63,295 nucleotides of DNA, filler included, from Kipferlia bialata (GCA_003568945.1; 8 parts of 7 records of this genome joined end to end with filler, not necessarily neighbours in it); one strand, 5' to 3'. Counted from the first letter of the whole stretch, positions 1-14,264 are shown. Notes: generated from the letters alone by a model not told the origin. Made by a program: numbers and translations.

Positions 1-231
1 GCACAGACACACGTGCTGGGCACAGGCACTGAGACTGCCAGGTATATCGTATATACTCAATATTCCAAATATGTATTATTGTTTCACACAGACACGTTGG
101 ATACATGTATTATTATTGTAGTACAGACACACCTGCTGGGCACAGGCCTTACGGCTACAGGTATATTCAATCCCATACCACCCCTAATATATACAGACAT
201 ATGTGGACCCAGGAGTTCATTCTTATCCTCA

Positions 232-850
232 GGCGATTTTTCTGCCTGTAAAGTGTATGCTCTATAATATAGGGTGGTTGTATATATATATGTTATATAT
301 TCCTCTCACCGTCAGGCGATGTCTCTGCCTTAAAGAAGCTCCTTCAAGCTGCCGATATACAGAGGGAGAAGGAGGGAGAGAAGGAGAGAGAGAAGGAGAG
401 AGAGAAGGAGAGAGAGAAGGAGAGAGAGGAGGATAGTTCTGAGAATAAGGGTGCAGAGAGAGAGAGAGACAGCAGCGAGGGAGAGAGTGACCCCGTCGAA
501 GAGCCCCTGGCAGCCCTATCTAGGGTGTATGACTGCATATTAGTGCTACTACCAGGTATATATATTGTGCATATACCTCTCAGTATATAGTATGTATATA
601 GTATATCTGCCAGTGGGTACATTAACACCTCTATCTGGGGTGTATGACTGCATACTGGTGTTGCTACCAGGTATGTTGTGTATATATATACCTATATGTA
701 GTATATCATACTGAGTAGCTACCTCTGTCTAGAGTGTATGACTGCATACTGGTGTTGCTACCAGGTATATATATTGCGTATATACCTCTCTGTATATAGT
801 ATGTATATAGCATATCAGTGGGTACATTACGACCATATTTGTCTCCACTG

Positions 851-892
<42 letters not shown>

Positions 893-1668
893 ATAACAAG
901 GTCTTGTCCACTGCACCTGGCTCCCCATGTTTGTCTCCACTGTCTGTGAGTGCTGGTCAGTGATGCAGATGGAGGATAAGGGTGTAGAGGGAGAGGGAGA
1001 GAGAGAGAGAGAGGATGAGGGTGTCCTCCAGGCTGCATATGCACTCGAGATGACCCTCACCCTTCTGTCAGGTATGGTCCTGCATATATGTGTATATTCA
1101 GATACATATACTGCAAGTGTAGTTGCGTATGTTGGCCTACGATAGTATTCTCCTACTCGATGTACACTATATTGTAATATTTATTATGTTATTACTATAT
1201 ATTTACTATCCTTACCCTCAGGCATTGCATCTGGCTGGGTTGCATACCACGCCCTCTCCTCTGGGCCCCACCCACCTGTGTTTGCATTAGCAAGTGCTAT
1301 GGTATGTGTATATATATATATATATATATGTCTATATAGTGTGTATAGAATTTTCATTTCACTGTCTTCCTCCACACATCGTGTTCACTCTCTCCCTCTA
1401 CACCCCATTCTCACCCCCGGTCTCTTCCTACAAGGGCAATACATCTAGTACTATCTCCCTCTACACCCTTTCTCTCTCTCTCCCGCTACACCCTTATTCT
1501 TACCCCAGGTTTCTTCCTACAAGGGCAGTGCAGGTGGTAGCACAGGGGTGGTGGGGGGAGGTATGCTACATATATATGCATTTATATATAAATGTATATA
1601 TATTTACATTAATATGAAGTACCCGTATTATAGTGGCAGCACAGGGGTGGTAGGAGGAGGTGTGTAGG

Positions 1669-1702
<34 letters not shown>

Positions 1703-4700
1703 ACACCCTTATTATCAGGTGATGACACTGCCATGGCTGCATTCTCTGTCTGTGCATCGCTGTGCAGATCAGTACTCACACTGGGGCAGACACTTGTGTT
1801 ACTAGATAGGTAAGTATGGATACACTCTCTATATACAAGTATAAGAATAGTATATTGGTATATAGTAACATATCACTATTTGGTATACACTATGTATTGA
1901 TATATGTACATGTATATATGGGACTGTAGTTGCATCTGTGCAGAGCAGTACCCGGCCACCGCGTATATTCTACTTGTTTGTGTCACATTCAACCCTTGTA
2001 GTTGGCTCTCCTCTACACTCCTAATTTCAGGGTTGTCACTCAGCATGTCTCCTTCCTCTCTCCACCCCTTTCCCCTTCTCTCTCTCTCCCTCTACACCCC
2101 TTATACCAGGGTTGTCACCCAGCCTGTCTCCTTCCTCTATGCCTTCTCAGCAGCTGTGCTGGTGGCATCCCCTGCATCGGCGTTGCAGCACCTGGGGTGA
2201 GTGATAATAGTTGTACTTTATAGTCGTTGCTTGAATTCTTTGATGTATAAGTGTATGCTAGTTATATTTCTATTCATCAGCCTTTCTGCACGGGGATATC
2301 ACCTCTTCTCTCCTCACCGTTTACACTATAAATATTATATATGTATACTATGTATATATATATATATAATTGTATTTCTCACACCCCAGGTACATGCCGC
2401 ACCTGTACTCCAGTCTGGCCCCAGGTGGGTATGAGTATATGTATATACAAGTATAATAATGTATGCATATATGTATATGTGTATATGTATATATATGTAC
2501 GTGTATGTAAGTTAGTTTATACTAGATGTATGCCACCTGTACTCCAGTCTGTCCCCAGGTGAGTTCGGGAGAATGAGTAAACAAATCCTCAATATCCTAT
2601 GCCTTAGTGTATACACAAACCATCTTGCACTCTAAGAGTATGTACTCCTGCACTTAACTAGCCATCTTCCATGGGTGTAAACTTAACATAGGATCCTTTG
2701 GTCCCTACTCCACCCCTGGTATGGACTCCATTGTGTTTATATCTAATGAGTGATTAATAATTAGCTAATGGAATAGTGGACTAACTCATAGGCTCTTTCG
2801 GTCCCTACTCCACCCCCGGTATGGACATGGAGTCCATTCTATATATACATACATAGTTTATACTATAGGATATATACTATACACGTGTACATGTACTTAT
2901 ATATCAGGATCCTTCGGTCCCTACTCCACCCCCGGTATGGACATGGAGTCCATTGTATATATACATAGATATATACATAGATATATACATATATATATAC
3001 ATATATATATACATATATATGTATATAGTATAGTATATATATCCTCTGACTCTAAGGCTCTTTCGGTCCCTACTCCACCCCCGGTATGGACATGGAGTCC
3101 ATAGTATATACATATAAAGAGTGGTTAATAATTAGCGATGGAATGATTACTAATTCTTAGGCTCTTTTGGCCCCTATTCCACCCCCGGTATGGACATGGA
3201 GTCCATTGTGTATATACATAGATATATAGATATATACATATACATATATATATATATATACATATAGATAGTATATATATCCGCTGACTCTAAGGATCCT
3301 TCGGTCCCTACTCCACCCCTGGTATGGACATGGAGTCCATAGTGCCTAGGGCCAGAAGGATGTTAAGAACAGCTGGGGTGGCTAGGTGTGTAGACATATG
3401 CATATTGTAGATATAGTAGTGTATGTATATGTATATATGTACTCCTAAGAACGGCTGGGGTTGCAAGGTATAATTGCACACACACACACATGTATATATA
3501 TGTCTGTAATACCCTCATATACTACTGAGTATGTGTAGTCTAATTCCAGGTCTCGCATCCCCTCCTTCTCCCCATCACTCCCCATGTCCCTCTCTCTCTC
3601 TCTCCCTGGGTCACCCTCTGTGGCACCGATGCAGACAGGCCGTACAGCGTACGGTGCATACCCACTAGGTACCATAAGCACTGCCTCTCACTCTCATACC
3701 ATAGGGACTATTCTCTCTCTATTAATTTGTAGTATACCCACTGGTACTTTGCCCAGCTTAGTCCATTTGTATTGTTGCTTCTATGTAAGTATTTGTGATC
3801 ATACATTTACACATCCATTTTCTGAGTATATTCTGTACATTCCTATTCTTTTCTGGTTTTCTCTAGGCACTGCATTCTTGTATCTCATCATAGGCACTGC
3901 GCCATTTACATAGAGACTGCACTCCTATTTGATGTTTCTACCTCTTTGACAATAGGCACTAAGCCCCATATGGGTAGTCCACTATAATATATTGGACCAC
4001 ACCTATTTCCTATAGTTTCTACCCTTTCTTACCACAGGCACCATAGGCACTACCCCCTTTGCCAGTACTGGTGCTGTCTCAACGGAGGGGCTCAGGGCAT
4101 CGGCTGCTAAGATGCAGGTATTTATATGATATTACTATGTATATGATATTACTATGTATGCATATATATATATATATATGCATATATATATGTTGGTATA
4201 TGTATGTATATGTACCCTTAGTCCACAGAGGGGATCAGGGCATCAGCGGCAAAGATGCAGGTAGTATATCTCTCTCTACTTATATGCATCCAAATATCTT
4301 TTTGTGTATGCAGATATTCTCAGACTGCCAGGCTGACCTAGCCAAGAACAGTGCTTACCTCTCTCTATTGTATGTGTATGCTACCTATACATGTATATAT
4401 ATACATATGTATGTGGGTGTACATTCATATACATGGGCATGGTATCCATCTCCCAGGCTGACCTTGCCAAGAGCAGGGCCCAGTACAATATGAATATTTT
4501 TACAAATATATATATATATATGTGTGTGTACAGTACTTTTGCCGTGTATCTATCTATATGTATGGACCCTTAATCTCAGGCTGACCTTGCCAAGAGCAGG
4601 GCCCAGTACAAGGAGAGCAGGGCAAAGCATCAGGTACTTTATGGATATAATCATTGGATATATAGACATATTCTTACACATCAGGAGATGGCCCTGGCTA

Positions 4701-7700
4701 CCAGCATACCTCTTTCTCTCTCACCTATATATATATTACATATCTAGCATATATATATATATATACACTGGGTGTCTTACATCAGGAGATGGCCCTGACT
4801 GCAAGCAGGGTGGCACACAGCGCTAGGTAGGGTATATATATAGTATATAGTGTAATACGTACTAGATATAACACTATATACACACATATTGAGTATATAT
4901 ACATATAAGCAGGGTGACACACAGCGCAAGGTAGCGTATAGTATATATTGACTATATATAGGTTACTTGTATGTCTGCAGTATTCTACCAATCCTTTTGA
5001 CGTTAGTATATATACTAGTCCTTGAGGCCTGTGCACTCAGTCGCATCTCTCCCTCTCTCTCTGTCTCTCTCTCTCTCTCTCTATTAATATATATATTATC
5101 GCTATGATAGTGCATGTATATATATATAGCTGACATCAGACTAGTCACCCTCGAGGCCTGGGCCCTGAGGGCAGAGTAGCGTCTCTCTCTCTCTCTCTCT
5201 ATATATATATAGATAGATAGATAGATAGATAGCGTATATGTGTATATATATATCTAATATCAGACTAGTGACTCTCGAGGCCTGTGCCCTGAGGGCAGAG
5301 TAGCATCTCTCTCTTTCTCTCTCTCTCTCTCTCTATATATATAGATAGTGTATATGTGTATATACCTCTTACCCTAGACTAGTCACCCTCGAGGCCTGTG
5401 CCCTGAGGGCAGAGGGCAGGGCTAGGAATGCAGTGCTATACGCTGCACAGGTACAGTGTACTACATACTCTATAGTATATGTGTAGTGGGTATAGTATAT
5501 AGTATATGTAGTAATATGGAATGCAGTGCTTTATATATATATATATAGTGCTATATGCAGCACAGGTACGATGAGTGTGTGAGAGAGAGACAGGCCGACA
5601 CTGATGCCATTATATACATATATATGAATAGATATGTCTATGTATGCATGTGTGTATATACCTTACCTCAGGCCGACGAGAGAGAGAGAGAGAGACAGGC
5701 CGAGACCGATGCCATGATCAGACAGTGCAAGGACATGATACTAGGGGATACAGAGTACATAAAGGCTGTTAAGGTATGTGTATAGGGTATACATATATAG
5801 GGTATAGTATATATATATGCCATGATCAGACAGTGCAAGGACATGATACTGGGGGACACAGAGTACATAAAGGCGGTTAAGGTATGTATATATATAGGGT
5901 ATATAGGGCATACAGCACATATATGTGTGGTATATATATAGTGTACACACATGTGTATGTCCCAGCGAGAGGTGGCAGCCATCATAATAGTATCTTGTAT
6001 CCATCATAATAGTATCTTGTATCCATCATAATAGTATCTTATATATATACATATATTCATAATTATATGTGTACATCTTGAATATATATTGAAGTACATA
6101 TATATATACTAACCCCTCAGGACATGTCCCAGCGAGAGGTGGCAGCCATCGACCAGGAGGCCGCAGCTAACAGGAGGTATGAGAATTATATACATNNNNN
6201 NNNNNNNNNNNNNNNNNNNNNNNNNNNNNNNNNNNNNNNNNNNNNNNNNNNNNNNNNNNNNNNNNNNNNNNNNNNNNNNNNNNNNNNNNNNNNNNCATAT
6301 ATACATGTATATACTCACACTTAGGCTAGAGGAGCAGCGCATGCTGGCTGACCTTGAGAGAGAGATTGTACATATGATACGACTATATATATACTACTAT
6401 ACTATCTATACTATCTACTACTATATATATATATATACTACATATATATTCTATATTATATATACTATCTATGTCTAACAATCCAGACTAGAGGAGCAGC
6501 GCATGCTGGCTGACCTTGAGAGGGAGAGGGCCGAGATGGCTGGATCAGTCAGTGCATACGAGAGACTGAGGTATGTATATATATATATAATATCATTTGA
6601 TTTCAAGATACGTTTTTCATTCGGCATCTATGCGAGAGACTCTAGCATGACCATCGCATTAGTTAGTATATATGTTATTGGATTAGTTAACATCCAGGGA
6701 GCAAGAGAGCACTGCAATAGACGCAGCAGCCGCAGAGAAGGAGGTAATTTGCATCTTCATATATCCATACTTACTATATGGATTGCTATATACTATATGT
6801 AGCATAATAGATACATATTTATAGTGTATAGCAGCCGAGAAGGAGGTAAGGATAGAGGTGGCTTATGATTGATACTATCTGCTAGACATTATGTATATAT
6901 AGTTTATTATATATATGTATATATATATATATTGTAGTATATATCAGTCTCACCCCTAGATAGCGGCTGCTGTTCTGAGGGAGAGAGAGAGACGGGAGAG
7001 ACGCGTGGCACAGCAGAGCGTCCATTTGACAGGGCTCAAGAGGGAGATGGAGGTACATATTCATGTATATACATACATTCATATTATTGCATAATTATAA
7101 TATAGAGATATATAATGATAAATTATGATACTTATGTGAGAGAGCGTCCATTTGACAGGGCTCAAGAGGGAGGTGGAGGTATAGCATATACTCTATAGTA
7201 ATTCTCTCTCTCTCTCTCCCTCTACACCCTTTATTCACTATCAGTCCACCATGGCCTCTGGGGGTGTCATCCCTGTACTCTATCTCTCTCTCTCTCTATA
7301 TATATATATAGATAGACATATATATATACATACTAATGCCAGTCCACCATGGCCTCTGGGGGTGTTATCCCTGTCGTCACTAGACAGCAAGTACAGGGGG
7401 GGTACACAGCACAGCCAAGGACACCTAGGTATGAATTCATTATTGAGTATGTATAGTGTATGTATAGTGTTATGTATACAAGTATATATATATATATATG
7501 ACTAGACAGCAAGTACAGGGGGGGTACACAGCACAGCCAAGGACACCGAGGTATGCACATATATATACATGTATATAGAGTGTTACTAGTGTATATATTT
7601 ACATGTGTGTATACAGTTTGAAGTACAGGGGGGATATACAGCACAGCCAAGGACGCCGAGGTATATATGTGGATATACTTCTAGTGTTATATATATTAAA

Positions 7701-9232
7701 TATATATATATATATATCGAAATGTATATGTATATATAGTGTAACATACTTGTCTGTAATACTCACTCCATATACACCAAGTACTGTTAGTAGGTATGTA
7801 CTTGATGCCACTGGTGTCTTCTTTTTTTTTCTCTCTCTCTCTTTCTCTCTCTATATATGTACATATACATATCCTAACTCTAAGTCTGTCCTGGATACGA
7901 CTGGTGTCACATAGTCTCTCCCCCCCCCCCCACTCTCTCTCAGTATATTTATATGAATACATATACCCTAACTCCTAGGTCTGTTCTTGATGCGACAGGT
8001 GTCAGACACAAGAGGGAGAGAGAGAGAGAGAGGACAGCACCCATCTCGCCCATCCTGATGTCCAGGAGGGTCACGCCGTCAGGTATGTGTACATATATAT
8101 GCATGTATAGCGTAAGTATTGTTATGTATTGTAGTATATTTGCATATATATCTTTTAGAGTATGGAACACCCATCCTGATGTCCAGGAGGGTCACGCCAT
8201 CAGGTATAATTGTATAATACCATGTATTCAAGTATATTGTATAGCATGTATTCAGTATATATACACATAGATTGATAGACTTATGTCTAGGAGGGTCACG
8301 CCGTCAGGTATAATTGTATAATAACATGTATTCAAATGTATTATTATTATATTATTATATAGTATGTATTCGGTATATATACATATAGATAGACGTAGAC
8401 TGATGTCTAGGAGGGTCACGCCGTCAGGTATGTGTATAGTATTAATGTGTAATCATTAATGTAATATGTATATGCGCAGTATTGTATCACTTCACATACC
8501 ACCTCTCACCCCCAGTCAACCATGGTATACGTCTCGTATGTGTGTATATATATTTATATCACCCAGTCATCAGCCACCCATGGCATACTCGTATGTGTAT
8601 ATATATTCATATATGCATATATATATATATATGCATACTCTCACCCCCAGTCATCACGCAGACCCTCCCCGTTGTGCATGGATTAATAATATATATTGTA
8701 TCTAATGTATATATATTTAGTAGAATATTGAATGTAGGACTACATGCTAACCCCCAGTCATCACGCAGACCCTCCCCGTAGTACCATATGATGCATGTTC
8801 ATATACTATTTAATACTTTGTATTGGTATATATATATGTGTGTGTGTATATGAATTATTATCCACTTTGTACTGATCACCAGTCATCACCCAGACCCTCC
8901 CCGTTGTGCATGGAGTAATACTATATATTTCATCTAATGTATATGTATTTAGTAGTCTAATGTATGTAAGACCACATGCTAACCACTAGTCATCACGCAG
9001 ACCCTTCCCGTTGTCCATGGCGAGGAGGATGTGACAGATGGAGAGAGAGAGGGAGAGAGGAAGGGAGAGAGAGGCAGGGTCACCTTCCAGACCTCCCCTG
9101 ACCCAAGGGGTTCTGGCAATAGAGATGTAGGGAGAGAGAGAGAGAGAGGGAGGGGTAGAGGTGCCTTGGGCAGGAGTGGTATTGATAGTGGTCTCACCAC
9201 ATCGCCATCTCCATCTCTCACAGGTATGTATA

Positions 9233-9276
<44 letters not shown>

Positions 9277-11350
9277 GCATTGTATATATAGTGTAACAGA
9301 TCAGACTTACTAATCTGTCTATCTATCACCTCATCGCCATCCCCGTCTCTCACCGGTGAGTGTATTTATGTATAATTATATATATATATATATTTATAAG
9401 TGTGTGTGTATATATACGTATATATGAAGAAAGGGACATGTCTCACAGGTCAGACATACTAATCTTTATATCTCTGTGTACATATCTAATGCTAACCGGT
9501 GACCTTCGTGCCCTGAGTCTGACCTCTCTCTCTCTCTCTCTCAGTGTACATATATATGTATATATATATATATATATATATCTACATATATATATCTACA
9601 TATATATATCTAATCCTCAGCCGGTGACCTCCGTGCCCTTGGTCTGGCCACTGGTGCCATGGATGAACTCAATCCTCAGGTACTCTCTCTTTCTCTCTCC
9701 CTCCCTATATATAGTAGGATGTAGTATATGTATAAATATATATATACATACTCATTAGTGTTGTCCTTTGGTCTGGCCACAGGTGCCATGGGTGCACTAG
9801 ATCCACAGGTATACTATATAGATAGCATATACTACATATATGTGGGTATAGTATTTATTTATGTATATATATATGTATACATTCATTAGCTTTGGCCCTT
9901 GGGATGGCCACTGGTGCACTGGACCCACAGGTAGTCTCTCTATCTCTCTCTCTGTATGTATATGTTCTTTCTTACTATTTAATCATTACACGTTCACATC
10001 TCTGTTCCCCCCCCTCTCTATATGTATATCTCACATCACAGGACGGATCCCGTTCCCCCTCACCCCGTTCCTCCCCCCTCAGAGCAACATCTCTCTCTCC
10101 CTCGGCGTCGCTCTCCCCCTCGGCGTCGCTCTCTCCCTCAGCATTCCTCTCTCCTTCCCAGGTACTATCCCTCTCTCCCTCGGCGTCGCTCTCTCCTTCT
10201 CAGGTGTGTATGCCCAAACATATGATCATATATATATATATGCGTGTCCCCCCTCAGAGCAACATCTCTCTCCCCCTCGGCGTCGCTCTCTCCCTCCCAG
10301 GTACTCTCTTACACACATACACTTCCTCTCTCTCTCTCTCTATCTCTCTATATGTATAGTAGACTGTCTAACTCATTCTAGACTCATTCGTAGTGGTGTG
10401 ACCAAGGGAAATATATCCTCCTCCTCCCCCCCCCCCCCCCCCCCTCCCCTTCTTCTTTTTNNNNNNNNNNNNNNNNNNNNNNNNNNNNNNNNNNNNNNNN
10501 NNNNNNNNNNNNNNNNNNNNNNNNNNNNNNNNNNNNNNNNNNNNNNNNNNNNNNNNNNNNNNNNNNNNNNNNNNNNNNNNNNNNNNNNNNNNNNNNNNNN
10601 NNNNNNNNNNNNNNNNNNNNNNNNNNNNNNNNNNNNNNNNNNNNNNNNNNNNNNNNNNNNNNNNNNNNNNNNNNNNNNNNNNNNNNNNNNNNNNNNNNNN
10701 NNNNNNNNNNNNNNNNNNNNNNNNNNNNNNNNNNNNNNNNNNNNNNNNNNNNNNNNNNNNNNNNNNNNNNNNNNNNNNNNNNNNNNNNNNNNNNNNNNNN
10801 NNNNNNNNNNNNNNNNNNNNNNNNNNNNNNNNNNNNNNNNNNNNNNNNNNNNNNNNNNNNNNNNNNNNNNNNNNNNNNNNNNNNNNNNNNNNNNNNNNNN
10901 NNNNNNNNNNNNNNNNNNNNNNNNNNNNNNNNNNNNNNNNNNNNNNNNNNNNNNNNNNNNNNNNNNNNNNNNCCCCTTTTTTTTCTCTCGCCCCCCCCCC
11001 CCCCCCCCTCTCTCTCTCTCTCTCTCTAACCTTCTTACTCCCCTTCTATCTTACCCTAGGAGATCCTCCAGGCGTGTGACTCAGATACAGCCATCACCTG
11101 CCAGGTATCTATCCTTCTATCCTTCTATATTCACATTTACATGAAGGTACATGTATATGTGCATTAGATTGTTACTAGGTGTGACTTAGATACAACCATC
11201 ACCTGCAAGGTATGGATAGTAGCACATATATATATATATATATATATATATGGGTGTATATGTTTGGGGAAGTAGGTACAATATAATAAGGATGGGGATA
11301 CATCTCATCACCTTCCCATGTCACATCTGTCTCTTCACCTTCAACCCTAG

Positions 11351-11388
<38 letters not shown>

Positions 11389-12001
11389 ATACTATTCTCT
11401 TCTATATCTAACCTGTCAGAGAGGCCAGACCCCCCCAGCATAGTCTCTCTTTCCCTCTCTCTATCTCTCTCTTAACTCTCTCTGTTAACCCCTAGGGAGG
11501 CCAGGCCCACCCGTGTGACTAGTATATATAGTGTATAGTATGTGTACGTCTTACAGTTAGGGAGGCCAGGCCCACCCGTGTGACCAGGATGACACCCCAG
11601 CAGAGGAGGGAGAGGGCAGAGAGGGAGAGAGCAGGTATATATATGTACCCGCATATACACATCATGTATACATCATGTGTATGTGTTGTAAGATATGTAT
11701 CTATATATCACTCACTGATTGCAGAGCAGAGGGCGCAGGTATGTATGATATGTATATATATGTGTATACGTAGTGAATATGTTTCTATATGTACATATCA
11801 TACTGATAGCAGAGCAGAGGGCACTGGAGAGGCAGATTGCCGGGGAGAGTGACGGCATAGAGTTCCTGGACTCCGAGAGTGATGAGAGTCCTCCCCCTCC
11901 TGTGTCAGGTATGGAGGGTATTCTCTCTCTCTCTCTCTCTCTATACATTTATCAATTTCACTGACTAACTCTCCCAGCCCCTGCCCCTACTGCCATGGAT
12001 G

Positions 12002-12032
<31 letters not shown>

Positions 12033-13395
12033 GTCTCTCTGTCTCTCTATGTATTCATTACAACGTACTAACTCTCTCAGCCCCTGCCCCTACTAGCATG
12101 GATGTGGAGGTGTAATCTCTCTCTCTCTCTGTATACATATATATTCTATAGTCTAACACCAGCCCCTGCCCCTACTGCCATGGATGTAGATGTTTCATTC
12201 TCTCTCTGTCAATATATATATTCATTACAACGTACTAACTGTCTTAGCCCCTGCCCCTACTGCCATGGATGTGGAGGTGTAATCTCTCTCTCTCTCTCTG
12301 TGTATGCATATATATATAATCTAACCCCAGCCCCTGCCCCCACTGCCATGGATGTGGAGGTTGACATTGAGGCAGAGGGAGAGAAGGAGGGAGAGAGAGA
12401 GGGAGAGAGAGAGAGAGAGGGAGAGGAAGACCAGGAGGTCAGCATAGCTGGGAGTGACTCAGAGGAGAGCGAGGTAAGAGCGCTATACATAATCTATAAA
12501 TGTATGTATGGTCTATACATGCCCTCTAATGTATTTATATATATGTATTTTTATGTATATATGCTGTGTATATGATATATGGTACCTACCCCCCTAGGCC
12601 CTCCCCAACCTGTATGACAATGACCCAGAGCAGAGTGTACTTATATATATATATATATAGAATAGTACACATACATACTATATATATACAAAATATAGAG
12701 CATATGCATAGCGTGTATACTGTACACATACTGTACTAACCCCCTAGGCCCTGCCCAACCTGTATGACAATGACCCTGAGCAGAGTGTACTTATATATAT
12801 ATATACATATACATACTACTATACGCTCTATACTCTCTATATACCACTATATCACTATTACTAACCCCCTAGGCCCTGCCCAACCTGTATGACAATGACC
12901 CTGAGCAGAGTGGGTATGAGGTGGGCAGTGATGAGGAGTCGGACGAGGTATATATATGTATATATATATATATATATACTAAGAGGACATTGTACTATGT
13001 TACTGTGGGTATTTGTACAGATAAATATAAGATAGAGTGGGTATGAGGTGGGCAGTGACGAGGAGTCAGACGAGGTATATATACATGTATATATATACGA
13101 AGCCACTGTATATACACTGTCTGAAAATGCGTATAGGTATCTATACATGCTAGAGTGGGTATGAGATGGGCAGTGATGAGGAGTCAGACGAGGTGAGTAC
13201 TCTCTCTCTCTCTCTCTCCCTCTACACCCTCAATATCAGGACAGTGAGTCCAGCGACATGGAGTTCACCCCTGGCCCTGTCTCTGTGCCCAGGATCAGGG
13301 ACAGCATCAGGGCAGAGGTATATCTTGTAGTATGTCTTCATTATTTGCATCATTACCATAGATGACTTGTGCTCTGACCAGGTGCTGGATATTTG

Positions 13396-13433
<38 letters not shown>

Positions 13434-13859
13434 GTACACATCTCTATAAGTGTCTCTAACCCCTCCAGATGTGCTCCGACCAGGTGCTGTATGTGTACTA
13501 CAAGTATTCTCTCTCTCTGTCTATACCATGTCTATTGTCTCTCTTTCTATATATATATATATATACATATATGTATATATGTTATCTCACTCCAGATGTG
13601 CTCCGACCAGGTGCTGTATGTGTGTGACCTGCCCAAGGTGGATGTGCCATCCAGTGACACCTTGGAGAGGAGTCAGGTAGATAGATACATATATATATAC
13701 TATATATTGAGTATTGGTGTGCCTTGATAAAAGTCTCTCTCTCTCCCCCCCTCTCTCTCCCCCTCTATACCCTTAATACCCAGGACAAGCTTGGCTGGCT
13801 GGCCTGGCACCCTGAGTCTGGGCACTTCAACCAGGACATGGTGGAGGAGGCAGTCACAG
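232..13859 (+). CDS. Large multi-exon gene, partial at both ends; possible gamma-tubulin complex component (Spc97/Spc98 family, GCP6-like layout)
   Basis: Phase-compatible GT-AG exons give ...ALEMTLTLLS/GIASGWVAYHALSSGPHPPVFALASAM/.../GDDTAMAAFSVCASLCRSVLTLGQTLVLLDR/VVTQPVSFLYAFSAAVL..., which resembles the start of a GRIP1 domain. A coiled-coil (LEEQRMLADLERERAEM) and a long S/P/E-rich region follow. The gene is well supported; the family call is by eye only. Confidence 0.4.
2691..3385 (+). repeat. Array of five truncated acceptor+exon-start copies followed by the complete exon
   Basis: GG(A/C)TC(C/T)TT(C/T)GG(T/C)CCCTA(C/T)TCCACCCC(C/T)GGTATGGAC... at ~2691, 2791, 2907, 3056, 3160 and 3294, separated by TA-rich spacers. 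Confidence 0.95.
5979..6040 (+). repeat. 22-bp tandem repeat CCATCATAATAGTATCTTGTAT, about 3 copies (intronic)
   Basis: Direct reading. Confidence 0.9.
6196..6295. other. Scaffold gap (100 N)
   Basis: Run of N. Confidence 0.99.
10461..10972. other. Scaffold gap (~512 N)
   Basis: Run of N. Confidence 0.99.
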
Positions 13860-14109
13860 GTATATATATATATATATATATATACATGTAGTATATGTAT
13901 ATGGTATATATACATACTATATATGTATATTCCCTGAGTCTGGGCACTTCAACCAAGATATGATAGAGGAGGCAGTCACAGGTATATATACTAATAGATA
14001 TATGTATATACATAGTATAATAATATATGGTATATATATACTATATATACTCTATATATGTATATACCCTGAGTCTGGCCACTTCAACCAGGATTTGGTA
14101 GAAGAGCTG

Positions 14110-14154
<45 letters not shown>

Positions 14155-14164
14155 ACCCTTATTA

Positions 14165-14264
14165 NNNNNNNNNNNNNNNNNNNNNNNNNNNNNNNNNNNN
14201 NNNNNNNNTTAATTAATTAANNNNNNNNNNNNNNNNNNNNNNNNNNNNNNNNNNNNNNNNNNNN
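14165..14264. other. Artificial contig-joining linker
   Basis: N44-TTAATTAATTAA-N44 (stops in six frames); identical linker recurs seven times. Confidence 0.97.

Noticed and set aside
2691..3345. Repeat-spacer arrays that look CRISPR-like
   Set aside because: Repeats are copies of the adjacent exon, spacers are low-complexity and variable in length, no cas genes, eukaryotic context.
5690..5890. Duplicated exon segments as mutually exclusive alternative exons
   Set aside because: Copies are truncated and carry only one splice site, so they cannot act as ordinary cassette exons.
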